Positions 48,426 through 55,915 of a stretch of DNA of 64,000 bases are shown in pieces. Below the pieces are notes generated by a model. It searched no databases. It had not been told where the DNA came from and saw only the letters and a program-made list of their open reading frames with translations. Numbering within the stretch: the first letter of the stretch is position 1; each line of letters starts with the position of its first letter. The position numbers and the translations under genes are program-made. Source of the DNA: a virus (lineage: Duplodnaviria > Heunggongvirae > Uroviricota > Caudoviricetes). Location of the stretch: the IMG/VR virus record IMGVR_UViG_3300035494_000066; one strand, written 5' to 3'.

Positions 48426-48596
48426 TTACTTATTGCTCTTATTGTTGTTCGGACCAGCTGACTTAACGTCTTTGTCTGTATTCGCATCTTTGTTGCCGAA
48501 TATCCGGTCCCACCCGCTTTGGTATGCTTTGTCGTTTGCTCCTGCCCTCCGGGCCGAGCCTTTGCCGCCGTTTTGTACTTGATGCCAGTTAGACAT
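48426..48596 (-). CDS. 56-aa hypothetical protein (not in the ORF track)
   Basis: MSNWHQVQNGGKGSARRAGANDKAYQSGWDRIFG...; AAGGA SD. Confidence 0.7.
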   Translation of the reverse strand: MSNWHQVQNGGKGSARRAGANDKAYQSGWDRIFGNKDANTDKDVKSAGPNNNKSNK

Positions 48597-48624
48597 GATG
48601 ATATATTCCTTCTGTTACTAAAAG

Positions 48625-49413
48625 TTATGTAGGACGTTGTTTGGTTTGGATTGCATTGTAGACAAACTTTGTTATGTTATCTTGTGATTGATACCCTGGA
48701 TGGTTGTGTTTGCTAATATCTACTACTAGAGGTTTTAGTGGTTCGTACAAGTTAACCCAGTCGTTGTAAACTATCCCGCCTGCTTTGTTAATCAACTGGT
48801 GGAAGTAGGTGTATATTTCTGATGCTTCTAGTTCGCTTCGATACTGCAATTGGGCAATTTCGTTTTTTGTAAAGCTGTCAGCAACATCAAACGGTACGTA
48901 GTTAAATATTTTGTTAGTTTTCCATGGGAAGCTAAAGTTAACAAGATATAAACTTGTATTAGTTAGTTTTGCAATCTCGGATAGTATTTTTGCGTATTTT
49001 ACTAAATTGATGATGTTATACGCTGGATTGTAATACTGCATTACAGTTTTTTTGAACTTCTTGTATGCACTAGGATGGATAGTTCCGTTTGACATTGTGT
49101 ATGATCGATCTTCGTCGATTGCAGTTATACAGTTTCGAGTGTCGTACAGCTCGAACCCATGATATAAGTTTGTGCGATGCAATGTCTGCCAACACACTAC
49201 TGCAACATCGTAGCTACGTGACAACAATTCGTTGCTAGTGTTGATCATAATTTCGTGGTTGTCTAGGCCTACTTCGGCGATATTTGTAGTACCATCAGTT
49301 GTATAGCCGAGCAGTCGACTAAGCTGATTGCACCATAAACGCGGGTCGTTCTTTTCTAAGTCTAGACCGTATCCGCTAGTAGTACTAGCTCCTGCAAATA
49401 ATATTTTCTTCAA
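48625..49413 (-). CDS. SGNH/GDSL hydrolase-like protein
   Basis: ILFAGASTTSG...HPGYQSQ. Confidence 0.6.
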   Translation of the reverse strand: MKKILFAGASTTSGYGLDLEKNDPRLWCNQLSRLLGYTTDGTTNIAEVGLDNHEIMINTSNELLSRSYDVAVVCWQTLHRTNLYHGFELYDTRNCITAIDEDRSYTMSNGTIHPSAYKKFKKTVMQYYNPAYNIINLVKYAKILSEIAKLTNTSLYLVNFSFPWKTNKIFNYVPFDVADSFTKNEIAQLQYRSELEASEIYTYFHQLINKAGGIVYNDWVNLYEPLKPLVVDISKHNHPGYQSQDNITKFVYNAIQTKQRPT

Positions 49414-49978
49414 TTCGATTCTCTATTTCGTTGTAAATGCGAGTGTTGCCTTCGATATTGTAATGGTTAAACTTGCCTCGGTGATCTTTCCATATATTGT
49501 AATACGATGTTAAGGATGGCAACTCGCTGAGTATATATGGTGGATAGTTAAAATGTGTTATATGAAGCGTTGGCACCGAATTTAGTAATTTACTAATATC
49601 CTGCATGCATTTAATAAAGATGTATTCGTAATAAGCTGGGTCAAATATATATTTAAAGTAAAATCTCATTGCAAATGCAGCAAAACTCCATTTTGCAAAT
49701 GTGTCACTGCATAGTATGTCACTGGTGTGATATATATGTCCTTTTTTATAAAAAGGATTTAATTTGCTGTGCACTCTATACGGCGAGGTGTGACTAACAA
49801 TAACTAAGTCGTAGTCGACTACGTTCACTAACTGGAGTTGCTTTAGAATCTTGTACTCGCTAACACCTGGTTGCGCTAAGTTAGTTACATTGTAGTGTTT
49901 TTCTAGTAAAACAGGCCAGCCATGTTTATTCGCAAGACTAGTTGCTGCAAAGCTGTCGCCGACAATTAGTATTTTCAT
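49385..49978 (-). CDS. SGNH/GDSL hydrolase-like protein
   Basis: ILIVGDSFA, NLAQPGVSEY, NHYNIEGN; TAAATA at 50007. Confidence 0.65.
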   Translation of the reverse strand: MKILIVGDSFAATSLANKHGWPVLLEKHYNVTNLAQPGVSEYKILKQLQLVNVVDYDLVIVSHTSPYRVHSKLNPFYKKGHIYHTSDILCSDTFAKWSFAAFAMRFYFKYIFDPAYYEYIFIKCMQDISKLLNSVPTLHITHFNYPPYILSELPSLTSYYNIWKDHRGKFNHYNIEGNTRIYNEIENRIEENIICRS

Positions 49979-50078
49979 TTAAATGGTTTTAAGTTTGTGT
50001 GCTAGGTATTTAGCTGGATGAGCACTACTGTGTAAAGTAGTACTTGAGATTTAGCTGTTAATAGCTATATAAGGAAAG

Positions 50079-50166
50079 TGGCAGTGAGTGTGGGATTCGA
50101 ACCCACGCGCCCCTTTCGGAACGACAGATTAGCAATCTGCTGCCTTAACCTCTCGGCCAACTCACT
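50079..50166 (-). tRNA. tRNA-Ser(GCT)
   Basis: Cloverleaf with long variable arm, GCAGA-TTGCTAA-TCTGT, G73, CCA encoded. Confidence 0.92.
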
Positions 50167-50175
50167 ATAAAAGTA

Positions 50176-50240
50176 CAGGATAGTATTCATTGGATTTGCG
50201 TATGAGGCAAAGATATGAATTGTTTGCTGTAACTATCCTA
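50176..50240 (-). ncRNA. Y-like RNA copy 1, carrying an anticodon stem-loop (CAU)
   Basis: AGGATAG-TT-ACAGCAA...TTTGC-CTCATAC-GCAAA...CTATCCTG. Confidence 0.7.
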
Positions 50241-50262
50241 AAAGTGGTGCTCGCAAGCAAGC

Positions 50263-50283
50263 AAAAAGCATCCAAAGGATGCT
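50263..50283 (-). terminator. Terminator-like hairpin inside the tRNA array
   Basis: AGCATCC-TTT-GGATGCT followed by TTTT. Confidence 0.5.
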
Positions 50284-50302
50284 AGTGTAGCACTTAAGCT
50301 AC

Positions 50303-50361
50303 CGGGGTAGCGGTTTCTTTAATAGTATGATAAGAAATTAAAGTGTGCTGCAACTACCCTA
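50303..50361 (-). ncRNA. Y-like RNA copy 2
   Basis: AGGGTAG-TT-GCAGCAC...CTACCCCG; inner stem CTTTAAT/ATTAAAG, loop contains TCATAC. Confidence 0.65.
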
Positions 50362-50364
50362 AAT

Positions 50365-50440
50365 TGGAGCGTCTAAGGGGACTCGAACCCCTACCTAGAG
50401 GGTGGAAACCTCGTATGCTGCCGTTAAACACCATAGACGC
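50365..50440 (-). tRNA. tRNA-Gly(TCC)
   Basis: Cloverleaf, loop TTTCCAC, U73, CCA. Confidence 0.9.
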
Positions 50441-50453
50441 ATTAACCTAAAAT

Positions 50454-50531
<78 letters not shown>

Positions 50532-50537
50532 ATAAAA

Positions 50538-50602
50538 CAGGATGGTATCGTACTAGTTTGATTAAGAGTCAAATGTATGATTGGGTTGCTGTAACCATCC
50601 TA
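50538..50602 (-). ncRNA. Y-like RNA copy 3, carrying an anticodon stem-loop (CUU, Lys-like)
   Basis: AGGATGG-TT-ACAGCAA...TTTGA-CTCTTAA-TCAAA...CCATCCTG. Confidence 0.7.
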
Positions 50603-50606
50603 AATT

Positions 50607-50681
50607 TGGAGCAGCATACCGGGCTCGAACCGGTCCTTTAACGTTGGCAACGTTATGTGCTACCACTAACACCAATGCTGC
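50607..50681 (-). tRNA. tRNA-Gly(GCC)
   Basis: TAACG-TTGCCAA-CGTTA, U73, CCA. Confidence 0.92.
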
Positions 50682-50690
50682 AGTAAAACT

Positions 50691-50766
50691 TGGTGCTGGA
50701 AGCAGGAATCGAACCCGCGACATCTTCATTACAAGTGAAGCGCTCTACCTACTGAGCTATTCTAGC
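50691..50766 (-). tRNA. tRNA-Thr(TGT)
   Basis: CTTCA-CTTGTAA-TGAAG, CCA. Confidence 0.93.
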
Positions 50767-50771
50767 AAATT

Positions 50772-50856
50772 TGGTGCGGAAGGAGGGACTCGAACCCTCA
50801 CGCCTCTCGGCATCAGTTTCTAAGACTGACATGACTACCAATTCCAACACTTCCGC
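50772..50856 (-). tRNA. tRNA-Leu(TAG)
   Basis: TCAGT-CTTAGAA-ACTGA, long variable arm, CCA. Confidence 0.92.
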
Positions 50857-50864
50857 ATGTAAAG

Positions 50865-50922
50865 CAGGGTAACTTTCTTTTTATGCCAATATAAAAGTTT
50901 TATAGTTGCTGCAATTACCCTT
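50865..50922 (-). ncRNA. Y-like RNA copy 4
   Basis: AGGGTAA-TT-GCAGCAA...TTACCCTG; near-identical to 52011-52068. Confidence 0.65.
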
Positions 50923-50926
50923 AAAG

Positions 50927-51017
50927 TGGCAGCGAGTGTGGGATTCGAACCCACGGAACGCTATTAACGCCCGACGATTTTCAAGACCGTTGCTTTAGAC
51001 CGCTCAGCCAACTCGCT
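50927..51017 (-). tRNA. tRNA-Ser(TGA)
   Basis: ACGGT-CTTGAAA-ATCGT, long variable arm, G73, CCA. Confidence 0.92.
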
Positions 51018-51032
51018 ATATATTTACTAATT

Positions 51033-51119
51033 TGGTGCCGGAAGTGGGACTCGAACCCACACGCCCTAATGGACAAGAGATTTTAAGTCTCTCATGACTA
51101 CCAATTCCATCATTCCGGC
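51033..51119 (-). tRNA. tRNA-Leu(TAA)
   Basis: AGAGA-CTTAAAA-TCTCT, long variable arm, CCA. Confidence 0.92.
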
Positions 51120-51124
51120 TAATT

Positions 51125-51199
51125 TGGTGCCGACTATCTGATTCGAACAGATGACCTATCGCTTACAAGGCGATTGCACTACCGCTGTGCTAAGTCGGC
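51125..51199 (-). tRNA. tRNA-Thr(TGT), second divergent copy
   Basis: ATCGC-CTTGTAA-GCGAT, CCA. Confidence 0.92.
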
Positions 51200-51204
51200 G
51201 TATA

Positions 51205-51590
51205 CTATTTCTTACGGTAAGTTCTACCGTTACCTTTGTTCTTGGCTTTATATGTATCTGTTTGCGAGTGACAGTTAGGACATAACAGTCTTAAGTTGTT
51301 TACATTATTGTTAGCGGATTGACCGTCGATGTGGTCTACTTCTAACGTAATGTGCTGTCCATTCCATTCGCTAATGCCGCAGCAAGAACAAGAGTAACCG
51401 TTAGTTTCGGATAAGTGCCTTACTGCCCATTTAGGAACAGCAAGTTTCCAATCCTTACCTCTTCTAACCATTGTCGAATGCGTTCTTTTGTTTGGTATTC
51501 TTTTTGACACGCAATTGAACAATATTTATTTATTTTTTGGCGCGACGCTTTGCACTTAACACCGCAGCTTAAACAGATGTAATATTTCAT
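51205..51590 (-). pseudogene. HNH homing endonuclease gene with one frameshift
   Basis: Frame from ATG 51590 gives MKYYICLSCG...KYCSIACQKEYQTKERIRQWLEE; the HNH part (LEVDHIDG..NN...NLRLLCPNCHSQT) continues in the -1 frame from GKDW. Confidence 0.75.
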
Positions 51591-51610
51591 CAGTAAAACT
51601 TTTTTAATTT

Positions 51611-51642
51611 AGTCAGTTGTTATACCGTTTAACTATAAGAGC
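51611..51642 (-). pseudogene. 5' half of a tRNA, truncated at the anticodon loop
   Basis: GCTCTTA-TA-GTTA-AACGGTA-TAAC-A-ACTGA-CT, then unrelated sequence leading into the HNH gene. Confidence 0.6.
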
Positions 51643-51647
51643 TAATT

Positions 51648-51721
51648 TGGTAGCGGGCCTAGGAGTTGAACCTAGCTTTCGAGGTTATGAGCCTCGCGTG
51701 ACACCCGTTCACTTACCCGCG
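51648..51721 (-). tRNA. tRNA-Met(CAT), initiator-like
   Basis: CGAGG-CTCATAA-CCTCG, C1:U72 mismatch, CCA. Confidence 0.88.
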
Positions 51722-51732
51722 TTAAAAAAATA

Positions 51733-51852
51733 CAGGATGAAATATTATTGCCTGCTGTTCTACCGTTGAACTAACACATACTATGTATGTGTATAGGATT
51801 CGAACCTATAACCCGCTGGTTGATTTAATATATTGTTGCTGTATTCATCCTA
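51733..51852 (-). ncRNA. YrlA-like RNA (copy 5): motif stem fused to a circularly permuted tRNA elbow
   Basis: AGGATGA-AT-ACAGCAA...T arm ATAGG-TTCGAAT-CCTAT, closed acceptor ACACATAC-ATA-GTATGTGT, D arm GTTC-AACGGTA-GAAC...TCATCCTG. Confidence 0.8.
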
Positions 51853-51951
51853 AAAGCACTATATAAAAATATTCTATTACAAAACACTTTTTTATAGTGC
51901 TTTACAGTTTTTACTGTAACTGTTTATTAAAGAGCGTGTCTAACTTTGTAA

Positions 51952-51979
51952 ATTATACTTTATTTATTTTTTCTGTCAA
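51952..51979 (-). promoter_or_regulatory. sigma70 promoter
   Basis: TTGACA-16-TATAAT upstream of the YrlA-like RNA and tRNA array. Confidence 0.75.
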
Positions 51980-52010
51980 CTAAATCGTTAACTTTTTGGT
52001 TCTATTAAAG

Positions 52011-52068
52011 CAGGGTAACTTTCTTTTCATGCCAAATATAAAAGTTTATAGTTGCTGCAATTACCCTT
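52011..52068 (-). ncRNA. Y-like RNA copy 6
   Basis: AGGGTAA-TT-GCAGCAA...TTACCCTG; near-duplicate of copy 4; own promoter. Confidence 0.65.
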
Positions 52069-52086
52069 AAACCTTATTATGTATGT

Positions 52087-52114
52087 AGTATATATTCTTT
52101 TTTACTGCTGTCAA
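52087..52114 (-). promoter_or_regulatory. sigma70 promoter
   Basis: TTGACA-16-TATACT, ending about 18 nt upstream of copy 6. Confidence 0.75.
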
Positions 52115-52146
52115 CTAGTTTTTATTTTTTCTAGCTAACTTAAATT

Positions 52147-52264
52147 TGGCGGCGCGTTTAGGATTCGAACCTAAACCACTCTCTTAACAGGAGAATAATG
52201 GGTTGCTGAAACTACTCTTATACAGAGTAGACTTATTAGTGTGCTACCATTACACCAACGCGCC
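52147..52264 (-). tRNA. tRNA-Asn(GTT) with a 44-nt insert (52196-52239, motif copy 7) between the D arm and anticodon arm
   Basis: Acceptor GGCGCGT/ACGCGCC, G73, CCA, D arm, TTCTC-CTGTTAA-GAGAG, T arm; insert contains CTACTCT-GTATA-AGAGTAG-TT-TCAGCAA. Confidence 0.8.
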
Positions 52265-52272
52265 ATGTGTTT

Positions 52273-52300
52273 ATTATATGCTCTACAGTGTAGCTGTCAA
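52273..52300 (-). promoter_or_regulatory. sigma70 promoter
   Basis: TTGACA-16-TATAAT; predicted start a few nt before the tRNA-Asn 5' end. Confidence 0.78.
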
Positions 52301-52303
52301 CTA

Positions 52304-52528
52304 TTATTTGTTAAACATTTCTCTGTAAAACTCGTTATCAACGTAACCACACCAATTTCCTTTGACAAAAATGCAAACTTCGCCAGTTGGGTGATTGTCG
52401 TCGAACTCTATGTCGGAAATTTTACAATTAAATTTCTTAGCAACAAATGTCCGCTCTTGCAGAAATTCATCGCCATGGTGATCATTAAACATCTCAGTGT
52501 AGTGTCGAATGTCGTCATTGATACTCAT
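52304..52528 (-). CDS. Small hypothetical late protein
   Basis: MSINDDIRHYTEM; TAAATA at 52604. Confidence 0.55.
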   Translation of the reverse strand: MSINDDIRHYTEMFNDHHGDEFLQERTFVAKKFNCKISDIEFDDNHPTGEVCIFVKGNWCGYVDNEFYREMFNK

Positions 52529-52666
52529 TGTAAATTTACCTTGTATAGCACTCTAAAACGCTTGCGTGTGCAATGTACTAGTATAGAACAGCATGTGCTA
52601 CACTATTTATTATCACGCTACATACAAGCGTTTTGGAGTGCTATGCATATGCATAGCACTTTGCTC

Positions 52667-54079
52667 CTACCAGTTGTATCGATCTTTCATCACAGCATCT
52701 TTTACAATGTTGATCGGAGTAAAGCTCTCGACATTTACTGACAAGATGCTTTTCATTAGAGCTGGACTAAATCCAGACACTAAGCATGCACCTTCTTTTG
52801 TGAACTCAACCGGAGTGTTACGTCCGTAGTCGTTGAGATTCCAATATACTAGTTTAGGAGCAGTGTAGCCTGCTTGAGTAAACCGTTTAGTAATGTCTTT
52901 GTTAACACCTCGCCCGCGAGTTGACTGATCAAACTGCATGTCACTGAAGATAATCAGAAACTCTGGCATATCTTCTTGCGGAACATTGTTCTTCACAGCA
53001 GTGTCTAAGATCAACCGATATGCTTTCTCGAGGTCGGTGTTCATCCCCCATGGGGCTTGCATAATGCTATTAAACGCCGATTTTAGAGACATTCCGCTAA
53101 CATCGCCAAATGTTGGGTTGCTATGGAATGTTAGGTACATGTCCTTGAATGCAGACTGGTTACGCTGTGCACAGTACAAGCCTAGTGACACTGCGACATC
53201 CATGCATGTCATTGACATACCACCTGCAGGGCAACCCATTGAGCCGGATACGTCGATCATTGGCAAAAACGAACGCCCGTTTTCGATCCAGTTCGGTAGC
53301 GCATTCCATTGAGCTTCTGCAACATCAGAGTCGCCGTAACGAATTGATCGAAGAATATCGTACGGATACACTGCAGCTGCGTTAATCTTAGCAGTTCCGT
53401 CGTTCTTTACCAGTGACTCGCGATACTTAGCGTAACGTTGTTCGTCGTTGCGAGAAAACGCTTTTTGGTACCGAGCAGCAGCTACAGACGGAACGTGATT
53501 GTAGTCAATCTCACTCCACTTTCTTGCACACATGTCTTGCTCGACTACAGTTGACAGTGATGCAAGCATTTTGCGATACTCACGAGGAGTAAGTCCCATG
53601 TGTGTGCGTAGTTTAGTTGCTAGTGCTTTTTTGGCAGACTTTTCACGTGGAGCCCACTTAGCTGCTAGACCGTTACCGTTACGAAGCTCTGCGCTATACA
53701 TCTCTAGTGCTTCGTGTTCAATCGGTGTTCCTACGAATGCAAGCAAGTCGTCGAATCGGCCTAGTTCTGGAATTTTAGCTAAAACGCGCCGTGCGTTTAC
53801 AAAGTCTGCATTAGCAAACCATTTCATCATATCGCGGAACAGCTTTCGCTCACCCATTCCTTCGCGGGCGTCGCGAGCATATAATGCAACTCGGACAGCA
53901 AGGTCTAGATCTTCGGAAACTGCTCGTTGGAACAGCGGAACGATGTCCTTACCGCGTGATGCACCTACTGCAAAAAACAAGTCGACAACTGAATTCAGTG
54001 AAGACTTTTTAATTTTTGCTCCGTTAAGGGTGGTAGTTTTATTGGATTCTTTTTTGAGGCCTTTAACTAGTGTATTCAT
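52667..54079 (-). CDS. DUF2828-family TROVE-like/vWA protein (Ro60-like candidate)
   Basis: YARDAREGMGER, GRFDDL, LAAKWAPRE, VPSVA, YPYDI, QWNAL, MIDVSGSM (MIDAS), TFHSNP, WGMNTD, IFSDMQFD, VYWNL, VSGFSP. Confidence 0.82.
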   Translation of the reverse strand: MNTLVKGLKKESNKTTTLNGAKIKKSSLNSVVDLFFAVGASRGKDIVPLFQRAVSEDLDLAVRVALYARDAREGMGERKLFRDMMKWFANADFVNARRVLAKIPELGRFDDLLAFVGTPIEHEALEMYSAELRNGNGLAAKWAPREKSAKKALATKLRTHMGLTPREYRKMLASLSTVVEQDMCARKWSEIDYNHVPSVAAARYQKAFSRNDEQRYAKYRESLVKNDGTAKINAAAVYPYDILRSIRYGDSDVAEAQWNALPNWIENGRSFLPMIDVSGSMGCPAGGMSMTCMDVAVSLGLYCAQRNQSAFKDMYLTFHSNPTFGDVSGMSLKSAFNSIMQAPWGMNTDLEKAYRLILDTAVKNNVPQEDMPEFLIIFSDMQFDQSTRGRGVNKDITKRFTQAGYTAPKLVYWNLNDYGRNTPVEFTKEGACLVSGFSPALMKSILSVNVESFTPINIVKDAVMKDRYNW

Positions 54080-54089
54080 TGATAATCTC

Positions 54090-54131
54090 CAGAATGATTT
54101 AAATTGAGTTATTAAGTGCTGAACTCATTCT
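54090..54131 (-). promoter_or_regulatory. Motif copy 8 in the 5' UTR of the TROVE-like gene, abutting its SD
   Basis: AGAATGA-GT-TCAGCAC...TCATTCTG-GAGA-TTATCA-ATG. Confidence 0.75.
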
Positions 54132-54143
54132 TAATGTTAGTGT

Positions 54144-54171
54144 ATTGTACACGACTTGTTGTTAGTGTCAA
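54144..54171 (-). promoter_or_regulatory. sigma70 promoter of the TROVE-like gene
   Basis: TTGACA-16-TACAAT. Confidence 0.75.
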
Positions 54172-54175
54172 CTAC

Positions 54176-54565
54176 TTATTGTAGTTCTTTTGCAATTTTT
54201 GCAGCTTCTGCTCGGTCGAACTGGCCGCTGTATTGTGTGTTTAGTAGTTTCATGATCGCGCCGATGTTTGTTTCGCCGGAGTCGACGATAACTTGCCGGA
54301 GCTCATTGGTTGACATTTGTTTTGGAAGAAATTCTTCTAGTATAGCAATCTCTTTTTCGAGAACTGTATTATTGCCGTTAACTGCAAGTGTTTCTTTGTT
54401 GCTCTTGATAAGTTTGCGAGCAATTTCTTCGATAGTAGCAGGATTGGCAGACTTTGACTTTGTATCAAACTCGCCGGCTAATAGTGTTAAGATGTTGTAA
54501 CGAGTTTTATCTGCGTCTTTTCGTGCTGTTAGACGCTGCTTCATTAGGTCTGCAATAGTTACCAT
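54176..54565 (-). CDS. GatB/YqeY-domain protein
   Basis: ARKDADK...EIAILEEFLPKQMS..EL...IGAIMK.L...YSGQFD. Confidence 0.8.
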   Translation of the reverse strand: MVTIADLMKQRLTARKDADKTRYNILTLLAGEFDTKSKSANPATIEEIARKLIKSNKETLAVNGNNTVLEKEIAILEEFLPKQMSTNELRQVIVDSGETNIGAIMKLLNTQYSGQFDRAEAAKIAKELQ

Positions 54566-54585
54566 GATGTTTTCCTTACTTGTAA

Positions 54586-54780
54586 TTAATAAAGTACATA
54601 ACCTTTTGTATTAAGAGACACAATTTCTTCTTCGTTAAATGATACTTCGCAGTCTTGAAACTGTTCGTCGATGCTCTGTTGCATCCACTCGGGTAGTTTA
54701 TCGATACTAGTGCATGCAAGCGACCAACCGTTGGTTAGCTCAACTTCGATTACGTTTACAATCTTGCTAGTAGTGCCCAT
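54586..54780 (-). CDS. Small hypothetical protein
   Basis: GAGG SD; promoter TTGACG-17-TATTAT at 54812-54840. Confidence 0.6.
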   Translation of the reverse strand: MGTTSKIVNVIEVELTNGWSLACTSIDKLPEWMQQSIDEQFQDCEVSFNEEEIVSLNTKGYVLY

Positions 54781-54933
54781 TGTGTAACCCTCTTTGCTAA
54801 GTTATGTGTTAATAATACAAGAACTGTGCAGCAGCGTCAACCCCTGCGGCTCGGTTCATAGTGTAAAACGCTTCAGTTAAATCAGTTTTAAGGTGCTTGG
54901 TTTGTTCGTTGGTTATTAGTACTTGGGAATTGT

Positions 54934-55097
54934 GCTCAATTGTATCTTGTTTATCATCGAGCTATCTATCGACAATGTTGATAGACTAATGACAAAGCTT
55001 ATGCAACTGCCCGACAATCCTTACGTTGCGGGCTCCGTAACAATCAAAATCGTTGCCGGTATTACTCCGTTAGCGAGAGTTGCGATGCTTGTTATGC
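54934..55097 (-). ncRNA. Candidate late-expressed structured ncRNA
   Basis: Starts just after TAAATA (55101-55106); four-way junction plus two hairpins; no credible ORF. Confidence 0.45.
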
Positions 55098-55103
55098 AGA
55101 TAT

Positions 55104-55904
55104 TTATGCACTATTTTTTAAGACATAAAAATCCTTCTGTCCTCGCCGGCGAGGTCCTGATTCTCCACGACCGACAAAATCGGCGTAATTGTAGTATGTA
55201 ACAATTTCCCAACCTTGGTCTGCGAATATGTTTTTTAATGCATTGCGAGACGGAATAAATCCTAGTGTTTGCGAAGCGTCTGAGGTAGTAAAAGACTTAA
55301 ACGCCAACGGATCAGTTGTTGAGTACTCGACTTGCATGTGCCCCGGTTCGCAGTAATCGTCGACAACTGTGGTTTCAAAGAATAAGTATTTTGGTTTAAG
55401 CCGGTCTCTTATAAATTTAAGGACTTCAACACCGTTTTGCAAATAGTAAAACACGTCTAGGAACATAACAACGTCGTATTGTTTGTCACAGTGAGAATGC
55501 ATGTATTCGTCTATAGATACATTTTGGGTCGAGATCTTTCCGGGCGCTCGTATTTTTGCATATTCTTTTGCTAGATAATATCGTTTAGTAGACGGCTCGA
55601 TGCCGTCTACTAGTTGCGCACCGTTAAGGATAGACCAAACTGCGTAAAAGTTGAGGTTTGTGCCGATTTCAAAAACGGTTTGATTAGTTAAAAAGTGCTT
55701 GTGCAAATGGTAGTATAGGTAGTACCGAGCTATCCAGCACTCTGGAAAAGCCCAACTCGGAGGGTGGTCAAAGATAGTATCTGCAGAACGGGTAGGGTTG
55801 TCGAACAACTTGTTAAATATGTACTCGATATAAGGCGAGTCTCGCAACGTAAGTTCAGTCCGGAGTGCATCTAGTTTGCTAAAGTCGAGATTAATTGAAT
55901 TCAT
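55104..55904 (-). CDS. Class I SAM-dependent methyltransferase (CmoB/DUF1698-like)
   Basis: VFEIGTNLNFYA...VDGIEP...YDVVMFLDVFYYL. Confidence 0.7.
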   Translation of the reverse strand: MNSINLDFSKLDALRTELTLRDSPYIEYIFNKLFDNPTRSADTIFDHPPSWAFPECWIARYYLYYHLHKHFLTNQTVFEIGTNLNFYAVWSILNGAQLVDGIEPSTKRYYLAKEYAKIRAPGKISTQNVSIDEYMHSHCDKQYDVVMFLDVFYYLQNGVEVLKFIRDRLKPKYLFFETTVVDDYCEPGHMQVEYSTTDPLAFKSFTTSDASQTLGFIPSRNALKNIFADQGWEIVTYYNYADFVGRGESGPRRRGQKDFYVLKNSA

Positions 55905-55915
55905 ACTTAGAATAT

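Noticed and set aside
50245-50293. CCA-ended mini-tRNA (GTGCT...AGCAC-CA)
   Set aside because: No T or D arm, and the interior is better explained as a terminator hairpin. It is at most a tRNA remnant.
51538-51600. tRNA 3' end (GCGCCA) or hammerhead core (CTGATGA) upstream of the HNH ORF
   Set aside because: The region is the true coding N-terminus of the frameshifted HNH gene (MKYYICLSCG...), and the rest of a hammerhead core is absent.
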